From contig CBDDDG010000021.1 of the NCBI GenBank assembly GCA_965226555.1, positions 375,707-439,706 on the forward strand: a stretch of 64,000 bases of DNA, in the 5' to 3' direction. The stretch comes from Salinispira sp. (GTDB lineage Bacteria > Spirochaetota > Spirochaetia > DSM-27196 > Salinispiraceae). This document shows positions 12,299-21,761 of the stretch, piece after piece; position 1 is the first letter of the stretch, and each line of letters begins with the position of its first letter. Below the pieces are notes generated by a model. That model had not been told where the DNA came from, did no database searches, and saw nothing but the letters and a program-made list of their open reading frames with translations. Made by a program: the position numbers and the translations under genes.

Positions 12299-12862
12299 GA
12301 TGTACATTATTGCCGAAATAACCCCTCCGACAGCCTTCAGTTCCTTGTTGCTGAAATTACTAATGTTGATCTGATAATAGGGAGATATCCGATTTCCTGA
12401 GTGAAAATATGATTGAAAATCGAGCGTGCGCGGATTCGAATTCGTCATTGACGCGCTGCGCCTAGTGTATATCACAAGGGTGATTATCAGGTAGTCGGTT
12501 TTCTCATCCCCCGATGAGGAAAGGTCTTCGGATAGGTGATGGGCGTATGTATATATTCTCCCCGGCATGTCGCTATCCACTGTCGACTGAAACTCAATGA
12601 TGAAATACACATCAAGTGGTTTCAATTTCAGCATGTTATCGTAAAAATTGCATGTGGTTTTGTAAATGATATCGGAGACTGAACGTTTGGGGTCATCTTT
12701 GGGGATATGCTCTGAGTCAATACGCTCTATACTCCCGGGAACAATGCTCCGCGCGAGGCCTTTGTTGAAGTAGGAGTATATGAAATCCTGGAATATCTGA
12801 GCATTCCTGAAAGCATATTTCCAACTTTTGTCGTGTACCATTCCTATATATTTTCCGCTCAT

Positions 12863-13060
12863 ACCATATAGACGGGTAAAATATGAATGGTGTATGACAA
12901 AATGAGAAAGTTTTTCAAAAAGTTTTATTATTTTGAGATATTACAAAGTTTTGTTACTGAAAATTGTGCTCTGCACAATTTTCAAATGAGGATTCCCTCA
13001 AGGTATAGAAACTTTCTACAAAATGCGAGAATGCTAAGCACAAAGAAAACATTCCTGACG
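12863..13060 (-). repeat. conserved rpn upstream/leader block containing palindrome modules
   Basis: Near-identical copies at 14482-14680 and 15997-16190, inverted at about 35855-36072, partial at 53918-54000 and 63950-64000. Confidence 0.9.
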
Positions 13061-13165
13061 GACGCATGGCGAGCCGGATGCTTGGGCGAGCAGGCGCGGA
13101 GCGCCGACCAGCCCCGGGCGCATGGGCGAGCCGGATGCTTGGTCGAGCAGGCAGAGCTGTTCCAA

Positions 13166-14327
13166 TTAATGCGATCCGTTCCGCACTGTCCGCATTTCCT
13201 CATCGCTCAGCCCGGTAACATCCTGAATGTCATGGGCTGAAAATCCTTTGGAAAACATACTGCGGGCCGTTTCTCGAATGCCTCTCGCCATTCCTTTTGC
13301 AAGACCTTTCTGCATTCCCTGCTCAAGACCTTCAACACGACCTTTCAGAATGCCTTTCTCCATTCCCTGCTCAAGACCCTCAATCCGGCCCTTCGCAATG
13401 CCTTCCCTGACGAAGGCGTTGGTAATATTATATGTCCGCATACTGTTTTCTCCTCCTGAAACTTTTGCATTGGAAAATTGTGCAGAGCACAATTTCCAGT
13501 AGCAAAAGTTTCAAATTTGGCATGCATCGTTGCGCTTGGCATTCTCCCATTTTGTAGAAAGTTTTGCCTGTGGCAAAACTTTGTCTAGGATATAGTTTCC
13601 TGTTAATTTTCTCAAACTGTTCATACAGTTTTGGATCCAGATCTTTTAGATAACCCAGCACGCTCTCTGCCAGATCAGTAAAGTCTTGTGAAGACAAACC
13701 GTTCAGGAGCTGCGCAATCTCTTTCAGCCCCTCAATATTCATTTCATTATCTCGCATTATATACCACAATGCAGTCGATGTATATCGTTTTCCATCGAAA
13801 CGCCATGCCAACTGCTCCTTTTTCATTCTACAAAGATCACGCACAATGTACGACACTTTTACCCTGACATCTACCGTGCCTTCAGTCATAGATTCGGAAG
13901 CAGCATTTCCATGTGAACTGTAAAATGTGAGTGGGAGGTTCCATTCCTTTTTTCCATGGTAAAGCAGTAATATATAGATAGCATCCTTTTCATTGTACAC
14001 ATTGCTGTTTCTGAGGGCATATTGATAGTCATCGATCTGTGTGAGAACGTGTTTGTGCAGGTAGCTTTTGTGTTCAATAATAAAAAAGGCCTTCCGGTCG
14101 GGGTCTGACAGGAAGGGTGCGCTGACAACGAGAGCGCAGTGAAGGTTCTTTTTTCCTGCAATGTAGCTGGGGGTTTCAATGCGGATTTTGTCCATGTCCA
14201 GCTTGGCAAGCGTTGTATCCTCACAGAACAGGCGCAGCAGGTCGGGAATCATACGGGGGGTTCTGTAGTAGGCGATCTTGAAGGCTAGGTCGTGGATATG
14301 GTATTTGCTGTGGGATGATTTTTTCAT
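13166..14327 (-). pseudogene. Rpn subfamily A, interrupted by a 130-nt element and carrying a D-to-A change
   Basis: HIHDLAFK, LHCALVV (other copies LHCDLVV), IIEHKS; insert at 13455-13584; small ORF 13166-13441 intact. Confidence 0.85.
13455..13584 (-). mobile_element. 130-nt palindromic insertion in rpn
   Basis: Same element and site as 11151-11280, directly 5' of the internal AGGAG. Confidence 0.85.
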
Positions 14328-14727
14328 AAACATTCCTCCTACATCTATAACGGGTAAAAAGTCATTTTTGACTATGTATTTGGAAAGAATTTGAAAAGAA
14401 ATTGAAAGAATGTTGTGTTTTTTTTCGGGGAGTCGGGAATGGGGGGCTGGTATGCTCTGTGTCGATATAATCTTTGCTCATACTATATAGACGGGTAAAA
14501 TATGAATGGTGTATGACAAAATGAGAAAGTTTTTCAAAAAGTTTTATTATTTTGAGATATTACAAAGTTTTGTTACTGAAAATTGTGCTCTGCACAATTT
14601 TCAAATGAGGATTCCCTCAAGGTATAGAAACTTTCTACAAAATGCGAGAATGCTAAGCACAAAGAAAACATTCCTGACGGACGCATGGCGAGCCGGATGC
14701 TTGGTCGAGCAGGCAGAGCTGTTCCAA

Positions 14728-15765
14728 TTAATGCGATCCGTTCCGCACTGTCCGCATTTCCTCATCGCTCAGCCCGGTAACATCCTGAATGTCATGGGCT
14801 GAAAATCCTTTGGAAAACATACTGCGGGCCGTTTCTCGAATGCCTCTCGCCATTCCTTTTGCAAGACCTTTCTGCATTCCCTGCTCAAGACCCTCAACCC
14901 GACCTTTCAGAATGCCTTTCTCCATTCCTTTCAGAATGCCCTTCTCCATTCCCTCAATTCGGCCCTTCGCAATGCCTTCCCTGACGAAGGCGTTGGTTAT
15001 GTTATATGTCCGCATACTGTTTTCTCCTCTAGGGTACAGTTTCCTGTTAATTTTCTCAAACTGCTCATACAGTCCCAAGTCCTTCAGGTAACCCAGCACA
15101 CTCTCTGCTAGATCAGTAAAGTCTTGTGAAGACAAACCGTTCAGGAGCTGCGCAATCTCTTTCAGCCCCTCAGCGTTCATTTCATTATCTCTCATCATAT
15201 ACCACAACGCAGTCGATGTATATCGTTTTCCATCGAAACGCCATGCCAACTGCTTCTTTGTCATTCGCCTCAGATCGCGCACGATGTACGACACTTTCAC
15301 CTTGACATCTACCGTGCCTTCGGTAAGGGATTCGGAAGCAGCATTTCCATGAGAACTGTAAAATGTGAGTGGGAGGTTCCATTCCTTTTTTCCATGGTAG
15401 AGCAGCAGTATATAGATAGCATCCCTTTCATTGTACACATTGCTGGTTCTGAGGGCATGCTGATAGTCATCAATCTGTGTGAGAGCATGTTTGTGCTGGT
15501 AGCTTTTATGTTCAATAATAAAAAGGGCCTTCCGGTCGGGGTCTGACAGGAAGGGAGCGCTGACAACGAGATCGCAGTGAAGGTTCTTTTTTCCCGCAAT
15601 GTAGCTGGGATTTTCAATGCGGATTTTGTCCATGTCCAGCTTGGCAAGCGTCGTATCCGTACAGAACAGCCGCAGCAGGTCGGGAATCATACGGGGGGTT
15701 CTGTAGTAGGCGAGCTTGAAGGCTATGTCGTGGATATGGCCTGTGCTCTGGGATGATTTTTTCAT
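14728..15765 (-). CDS. Rpn family recombination-promoting nuclease/putative transposase (PD-(D/E)xK), subfamily A, intact, 345 aa
   Basis: HDIAFK, CDLVV, IIEHKS, LLLYHG, C-terminal EGMEKG repeats; RBS AGGAGG before MKKSS; internal ATG at 15015. Confidence 0.88.
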   Translation of the reverse strand: MKKSSQSTGHIHDIAFKLAYYRTPRMIPDLLRLFCTDTTLAKLDMDKIRIENPSYIAGKKNLHCDLVVSAPFLSDPDRKALFIIEHKSYQHKHALTQIDDYQHALRTSNVYNERDAIYILLLYHGKKEWNLPLTFYSSHGNAASESLTEGTVDVKVKVSYIVRDLRRMTKKQLAWRFDGKRYTSTALWYMMRDNEMNAEGLKEIAQLLNGLSSQDFTDLAESVLGYLKDLGLYEQFEKINRKLYPRGENSMRTYNITNAFVREGIAKGRIEGMEKGILKGMEKGILKGRVEGLEQGMQKGLAKGMARGIRETARSMFSKGFSAHDIQDVTGLSDEEMRTVRNGSH

Positions 15766-15869
15766 AAATATTCCTCCTACATCTATAACGGGTAAAAAGT
15801 CATTTTTAACTATGTATGTGGAAAGAATTTTGCAAAATGTGTGAATTTTTTTCGGGGGATGGGGGAATG

Positions 15870-15996
15870 CGGGGACAATGCTCCGCGCGAGGTCTTTATT
15901 GAAGTAGGAGTATGTGAAGTTTCTGAATATCTGAGCATTCCTGAAAGCATATTTCCAACTTTTGTCGTGTACCATTCCTATATATTTTCCGCTCAT
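15870..15996 (-). pseudogene. N-terminal stub of Rpn subfamily B upstream of rpn-A
   Basis: MSGKYIGMVHDKSWKYAFRNAQIF..LARSIVP nearly identical to 12862-12737. Confidence 0.8.
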
Positions 15997-16246
15997 ACCA
16001 TATAGACGGGTAAAATATGAATGGTGTATGACAAAATGAGAAAGTTTTTCAAAAAGTTTTATTATTTTGAGATATTACAAAGTTTTGTTACTGAAAATTG
16101 TGCTCTGCACAATTTTCAAATGAGGATTCCCTCAAGGTATAGAAACTTTCTATAAAATGCGAGAATGCTAAGCACAAAGACAGCATTCCAAATGAGATAT
16201 TGACCTGAGCCCCCGTCTCAGCAACAGGCGCATAGGCGAGCTATCG

Positions 16247-16280
16247 AAAAAAGGCAGGCACGGATTGCCCCGCGCCTGCC
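16247..16280 (-). terminator. rho-independent terminator after the lipoprotein gene
   Basis: GGCAGGCGCG..CGTGCCTGCC-TTTTTT on the minus strand; homologous to 35708 and 53739. Confidence 0.75.
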
Positions 16281-16310
16281 GGAGTTGAATTGCAACTCGT
16301 TAAATTGCCG

Positions 16311-18608
16311 CTACTGGTTATACCATGTTGGAAAGGCTACATCGCCTGTTTGGCCGCGGCCCACCTTGGAATTCCGAAACATATTGGTGTCGGTTCCGGT
16401 AAATGTGCTGGGGGTATCCGTGTCCATATCCTTATCTTCGAGTGTCAAATGATCCTTCCACTCCTCAAGATCCTGATTGAATGCGCTTGCTCCATCGAAC
16501 ATTTGAGTCATATTCGGTGCCGCAGCAATTGTCCAGCCGGAAATATCCTGATTGAAACTGGTTGCTCCATCGAACATATAGGACATATTCGTTACCTTAC
16601 TGACATCACCCCATCCCGAGATATCGCCATTGAAACTGGTTGCTTCAGCGAACATATAGGACATATTCGTTACCGAGCTGACATCCCAGCCAGAGATATT
16701 CTGATTGAATGCGCTTGCTTGAGCGAACATACCGAACATACTCGTTACCGAACTGACATCCCAGTTTGAGATATCTTGATCGAATGCGCTTACTTCCTGG
16801 AACATCTGAGTCATAAATGTTACCGAACTGACATTCCACTTCGAGATATCGCCATTGAATGCGTCTGCGTTATAGAACATACTGTTCATACTCGTTACCG
16901 AACTGACATCCCAGCGTGAGATGTCGCCATTGAATTCGCCTGGGTTATGGAAAATAGTGGTCATATCCGTTACTGCCGTGGTAACAATGTAGTTGAGATC
17001 GGCAGTATTGCCCCAATTACTTATTCCCGCAGCTACCGCTGCGTCCAGTTCATCGTTACCGCCATCGGTATTAGCAGCGCCCGCGCTGCCATCGCCATCA
17101 GCAGGTCTCACGGTAACATAAAACTTTTCGGTAAGCCGTGTATTCTCATCGGTTCCGTCTATGACAGATACATTGTATGTTCCTGCCGTTGTACTTGCGG
17201 CAACCGTAATAACTCCGGTACGTGCGTCAACTGTCGGCAGGGTAACGGTAACCCCTGAGGGCGGGGAAGTAACCCCAGCCACAGTAACGCTTGGATTCTC
17301 CGCATTGGCAGCGGCGTCATCAATGTCAGCCGAAAGAATGACGGATGTTGTTGATGTACCAAAGGGAACCTGTGCCGCAAGCGGCAGCAGTGTTCTCGTT
17401 GCGGAGGCAGACCAGCCGCCAGTGCCCAGCGCGTTAACGGCGCGCACCTGCACATTGTAGGAGGTGCCGTCGTTCGTCAGGCTCGGGATGGTGTAGCTCG
17501 TAGCACTGATAGGGTCGGTGACCAGCGTCCAGTTAGTTCCGCTGTCTGAACTATACTGCACATCATATGAGGTAATGGGGCTGCCGCCGTTGTTGGGCGC
17601 TGTCCATATCGCGGTGAGCTGGGTGTCTCCAACTGTGAGCCTGGGAGCATTCGGCATGGCAGGAGGCCCAATAGGGGTTGCGGTGCCGGTCGCTGGGTTG
17701 CCATTGCCCTCTGTATTGACAGCGTAGACCCGCGCCTCATACTCGGTGCCGTTTGTCAGGTTGGGGATGGTGAGGGTGTAGGTGTCGGCATCGGCGGTTG
17801 CAATGACAGGTTCCCACGCGCTTACTCCGACTACGCGATGTTGCAGTTCATAGCGAATAATGTCGCTGTCGCCAGTATCGGTCGGCGCAGCCCATGTTGC
17901 GGTAATTGTCGTATCGTCCGCTGCGAGCGTGAACGCAGTCGGCGCCAAGGAAACGGTAATAGGGGTTTCTGTGGAAGATTCCGACCAGTTTCCCGCACCA
18001 TGCGCATTGACCGCGCGCAGCCGCACATCGTAGGGGGTGCCGTTTGTCAGCCCGGTAATGGTGGAGCGTGAGGTCGGAGGAGTAATAATGGCGGTATCTG
18101 TATCGTCCGCTGGCCAGTCTGCGCTGCTTTGTTTGTGCTACACATGGTACGCGGTAATTTCGCTATCGCCGGTTTCTTCCGGCGGAGTCCAGTTAACCGT
18201 TAGTTGCTTATTCCCCGCTTCAAGGATTGGGGCAGCCATGGTGCCCGGCACGGCTGGTTCAGGTACATCTGAATTCTGCCGGGTATAGACAGTGCCATCC
18301 AATGTTAAGGTATCTCCATCAATGGTATACTCTACCGTTGCCCCATTACGGTTTTCCGCTCCTTCTCCTATACAATTACTGAACGTAATTGAGTTTCCGT
18401 TATCCGTGTAATCACAAATAACCTCCAAAAACACATCTATGTACGTTGTCGCGGTGAATTCTATGGTATGAAACTCATTATCCGCGGTCCACACGCCTAT
18501 TAGGGGAGATGTATCCATGGGCACTGGTTCCGGTTCCGTCATTGGTTCCGGTTCCGGCAGTGGACATCCGGCAAGTAATGCGATGAGAACCACGCTCATT
18601 ATAATCAA
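16311..18608 (-). pseudogene. FN3 + DUF285/BspA-like repeat surface lipoprotein with an in-frame TAG
   Basis: ORFs 18138-18608 and 16311-18026 are in the same frame, separated by TAG at 18138-18140 inside an FN3 domain; lipobox LLAGC; 7 FNxDISxWxVS repeats. Confidence 0.85.
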
Positions 18609-18727
18609 TACAGAGGATGCCCCCCATAACTTTCGTAGTGGATTAAAAAGATTAATACTCCTTTTTCTAAAAAATATTTGTCGGACAATGTCCGCTTATG
18701 TTTTATTGCGGATACGCGCTGAAACCT

Positions 18728-18763
18728 TATAGAAAGTTTTGCATTTTGCAAAACTTTGTTATA
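18728..18763. repeat. solo A hairpin of the palindromic family
   Basis: TATAGAAAGTTTTGCATTTTGCAAAACTTTGTTATA. Confidence 0.75.
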
Positions 18764-18856
18764 CAAAGGTTACTACAAAGTATCGGAAATATCAACTACT
18801 ACATGAAAATTGGTGCGAATTCAACCATAAGTTTCATCAAGAAAAAATTCCCCCAA

Positions 18857-21595
18857 TCAGATGCTGACCGACATCGGCTCAATTTCATCAAAATTCACCG
18901 GGAGAATGTTCTTTATTTCATATCGGTAGTCTCGTTTATTAATGGTAAATTCAATTACCTGTCCAACAGTATTGTTCAGTAATTTTGAAGCAAAGGGAGA
19001 TAAATGGCTGAGGATCTTTTTTTCAGGATTTGATTCCCAAGGTCCCATTATGGTAACAGTTTCTTCTGTGTTTGTTATAAGATTCAAAAGAACAATCATC
19101 GTGCCGAAACCGACCTTGTCGTAATGTATGCTGTCGGGCTGAATGATTTGTACAGATTGAAGTTCTTCTTCCCATTTACGGGCTGTTGTATTGAGAATAT
19201 CCTGCCGTTCCTTTGCCGCTTTATACTCCGCGTTTTCTTTCAGATCTCCATATTCCCGAGCCGCCGCAATTTCTTTGGAATTTTTCGGAACTTCAACATC
19301 ATGAAGCCTTTTGAGCGCCTTTTGCCGGCCCTCATAGCTTTTCATAATGGAAAGAAAACCACTTCGGGTTGTTGTTTCCAGAACATCTGCCTGGTTGGAA
19401 AAGAATGCGAAGTTGGGGAAACGTTCTGAAATTGTTTTTTGAATCATCTTCATTACTTTCGCGTCCATATCCTTGACATCTTCGAGAAGGGAATAGATTC
19501 TTCCAACGATATCTTCATTACTCATGCGTATATAGTCGAACAGTGTATTGTCCTTCACAAGGAAATTGAAAACCTGCTTGTGAAGCTTACGGTTAAGAAT
19601 GACGTCCCGTTTATTATCAATATCCCGCGCGGTAATATCCAATAAATGAATCATGGAAATAAGAATTTTTTCACGTTCAACGCCTGTTTTTGCAAACCAG
19701 TCATCATGTATGCAGTTTTTTACGAACCAGATATAGGGTTCGCGCATATCCCGATAATTATTGTAGAGCTCCAGAAATTTTTGTATGACGGTATCCTGAT
19801 GGTTTGCGGTGATAAGCTCACGCACTACGTCCTTATGAAGATAGTAGGGAAGGAGCGTAATGTAAATTTTATTCCAATCGGGTATTTTGTGTTTGTGAAT
19901 ATGGGTAAGGAATAGTTTGCGTATATCGGTATTGTTGATTTTTTGAAACATTTCCTCGTAATCTTCAAGATTAGTGAAATATTCCTTGAAATTAAGATTA
20001 ACCCCCGGATTTAGAAACGGAAATTGGTTAACAATCCGTAAAATTATTAACATGGCTGAAATAGTATGTTCATTGTAACTTCCAGGATTCCGAACGTAGG
20101 TAACAAAATAATCGAACATATCAAGAAAAAGATCATTTTCCAGCGATTCTCCATTGTCGCCGATAAATTCCATGAATTCCTGAAGAGTTTTTATACGGTC
20201 AAAGAAATCTTTTTCAGCTTTAAACCGATTATAGGTTCGTTCCTCTAGGCTCATAGGCTGATCACGAACCGTATATATATCGGGATTATCAGGAAGATTC
20301 CCGAATGCTTCACCAGTTTTGAGGATATCCCGCGCTTTCAGGCTCCAGCTGGGCCACTCATTTATGCTGAGAATACCGGGAACGAGTTCCGCCTTTATTT
20401 TTTTCAAATCTGCGGCGTTATCGAAACTTCTGATAATTGTTTTAAGCGCCCAGAGAGAATCTGTTTTGACCTTTTTATTCAGAACCTCTTTCTTTTTCGT
20501 GATCCGATATACCCATATATGGTTTTTGTCCAGAACCTGAAAGCTGCTGACAGCCATTTTCAGAGACATCTTATGATTTTTCTTTTGGGCAAAATCAACA
20601 ATAATTTCATCATCCTTTGTTGATGTAATTCTGCCGATGCCCCATGAACGGTGATACACAAAATTGCCCTTATCGAATGCAATGTGCTTCTCAAAATCCT
20701 GTATGGCATCATGAACGTTTCTCCAGTTCTGATTAAGGTTTGATAACCGGATGTATTCTTCAAGATGACTATGGTTTTCGTATTTTGCCTTGTAGCAATC
20801 AACTATCTCTTTTCTCGCCTTAATGTCTTTGCTATCGCAGGTAAGGATCTGTTTCAGAATGCTTATTGATGTTGTCCAGTCCTTCTTACGGAAAAAATAC
20901 GGGTACTGCAGTTTGAGTAACTCCACCGCTTCCTGCTTACCGATGATTTTTGAAACTCTTCCCTCCGCATGGTGAAAAAATTCTGTTTCAGAAGGCACAA
21001 GTTCCATGAGTTTCAGCATTATTTCGTGGATTTGATCAAAAGATTTTTTGTTTATATAACGGTGCAGAGCTCGTTTATAGTATGAAGCTGCTTCCTCCAT
21101 ATGTCCCTGCGCTTCTTCATATTTTGCAAGTTTATATACGATGTCAGCTTCTTCATAATCGACGCGTATGAGACGTTCCCAGATTTTATATTGTTGTTCC
21201 GGTTTATTTTCATGGACATAGCACTCCGCAAGATTCCGCAGGGCATGACGGTTTTCTCCGAAGTCCAGAATTCTCTTACACAGATGCTCTATAATGTTCC
21301 AACGCTGCTTTTCATTGAATAAATTAATCAGCAAAAGGAGATTTGAGTCATCAATAAATTGACGGTTGAGATTAATAATTCCCGATAAGTAGAGAGCAAC
21401 AATGCTATTCTTGGAGGTAGTGAGCTGTTCCGCGCATAGTTCCATTGCCTGTTCTTCAATGTCTGCTGTAAAAATCTGCTCGAGAAGATTATCTAATTCC
21501 AGAAAATCATTGATAGTATAGTTTGGTACTGTCAATCGAGTCCATTTTTCCTTGGTTAAGTGTTCGCTGAGAAGTTTCAGAATTTTTTCCGACAT
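18857..21595 (-). CDS. greA: long-form transcription elongation factor GreA
   Basis: C-terminal EIAAAREYGDLKENAEYKAAKE; long helical N-terminus; start MSEKIL after GGAG. Confidence 0.92.
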   Translation of the reverse strand: MSEKILKLLSEHLTKEKWTRLTVPNYTINDFLELDNLLEQIFTADIEEQAMELCAEQLTTSKNSIVALYLSGIINLNRQFIDDSNLLLLINLFNEKQRWNIIEHLCKRILDFGENRHALRNLAECYVHENKPEQQYKIWERLIRVDYEEADIVYKLAKYEEAQGHMEEAASYYKRALHRYINKKSFDQIHEIMLKLMELVPSETEFFHHAEGRVSKIIGKQEAVELLKLQYPYFFRKKDWTTSISILKQILTCDSKDIKARKEIVDCYKAKYENHSHLEEYIRLSNLNQNWRNVHDAIQDFEKHIAFDKGNFVYHRSWGIGRITSTKDDEIIVDFAQKKNHKMSLKMAVSSFQVLDKNHIWVYRITKKKEVLNKKVKTDSLWALKTIIRSFDNAADLKKIKAELVPGILSINEWPSWSLKARDILKTGEAFGNLPDNPDIYTVRDQPMSLEERTYNRFKAEKDFFDRIKTLQEFMEFIGDNGESLENDLFLDMFDYFVTYVRNPGSYNEHTISAMLIILRIVNQFPFLNPGVNLNFKEYFTNLEDYEEMFQKINNTDIRKLFLTHIHKHKIPDWNKIYITLLPYYLHKDVVRELITANHQDTVIQKFLELYNNYRDMREPYIWFVKNCIHDDWFAKTGVEREKILISMIHLLDITARDIDNKRDVILNRKLHKQVFNFLVKDNTLFDYIRMSNEDIVGRIYSLLEDVKDMDAKVMKMIQKTISERFPNFAFFSNQADVLETTTRSGFLSIMKSYEGRQKALKRLHDVEVPKNSKEIAAAREYGDLKENAEYKAAKERQDILNTTARKWEEELQSVQIIQPDSIHYDKVGFGTMIVLLNLITNTEETVTIMGPWESNPEKKILSHLSPFASKLLNNTVGQVIEFTINKRDYRYEIKNILPVNFDEIEPMSVSI

Positions 21596-21670
21596 TATAT
21601 AATGTTCTCCCTGAGTGTAATGGTGAGCGGAGAAGATCAATGAAAATCATGTATCCGCTCTGAATGTTTT

Positions 21671-21733
21671 TATAGAAAGTTTTGCTACTGGAAATTGTGC
21701 TTGCACAATTTTCCAATGCAAAAGTTTGTTATA
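21671..21733. repeat. nested A+B palindromic element
   Basis: GAAAGTTTTGCTACTGGAAATTGTGCTTGCACAATTTTCCAATGCAAAAGTTTG upstream of greA. Confidence 0.85.
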
Positions 21734-21761
21734 GTATATAGAAATGTAATGAGTGTGAGAA

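Larger units (their letters stand above)
11642..12862 (-). pseudogene. Rpn subfamily B gene split by two palindromic insertions (329 aa when they are removed)
   Basis: HDKSWKYAF, SDIIYK, FIIEFQST; segments 12862-12299, 12169-12071 and 11968-11642 join in frame without stops. Confidence 0.85.

Noticed and set aside
12887..13240. Repeated small ORFs MVYDKMRK.. (also 14506-14802) and 11999-12400
   Set aside because: They run through non-coding repeat blocks antisense to rpn; their recurrence reflects DNA duplication.
16311..16960. Diversity-generating retroelement acting on DUF285 repeats
   Set aside because: No reverse transcriptase or non-coding template repeat in the window, and differences are not adenine-specific.
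18138..18140. Pyrrolysine or amber recoding
   Set aside because: TAG is a normal stop elsewhere (rpsO, pnp, lpdA), paralogues have Gln here, and no pyl genes are seen.
21690..21712. lac-operator-like site (AATTGTG..CACAATT)
   Set aside because: The centre and spacing differ from lacO and the motif is embedded in larger repeats; a protein-binding role stays open but LacI control is unsupported.
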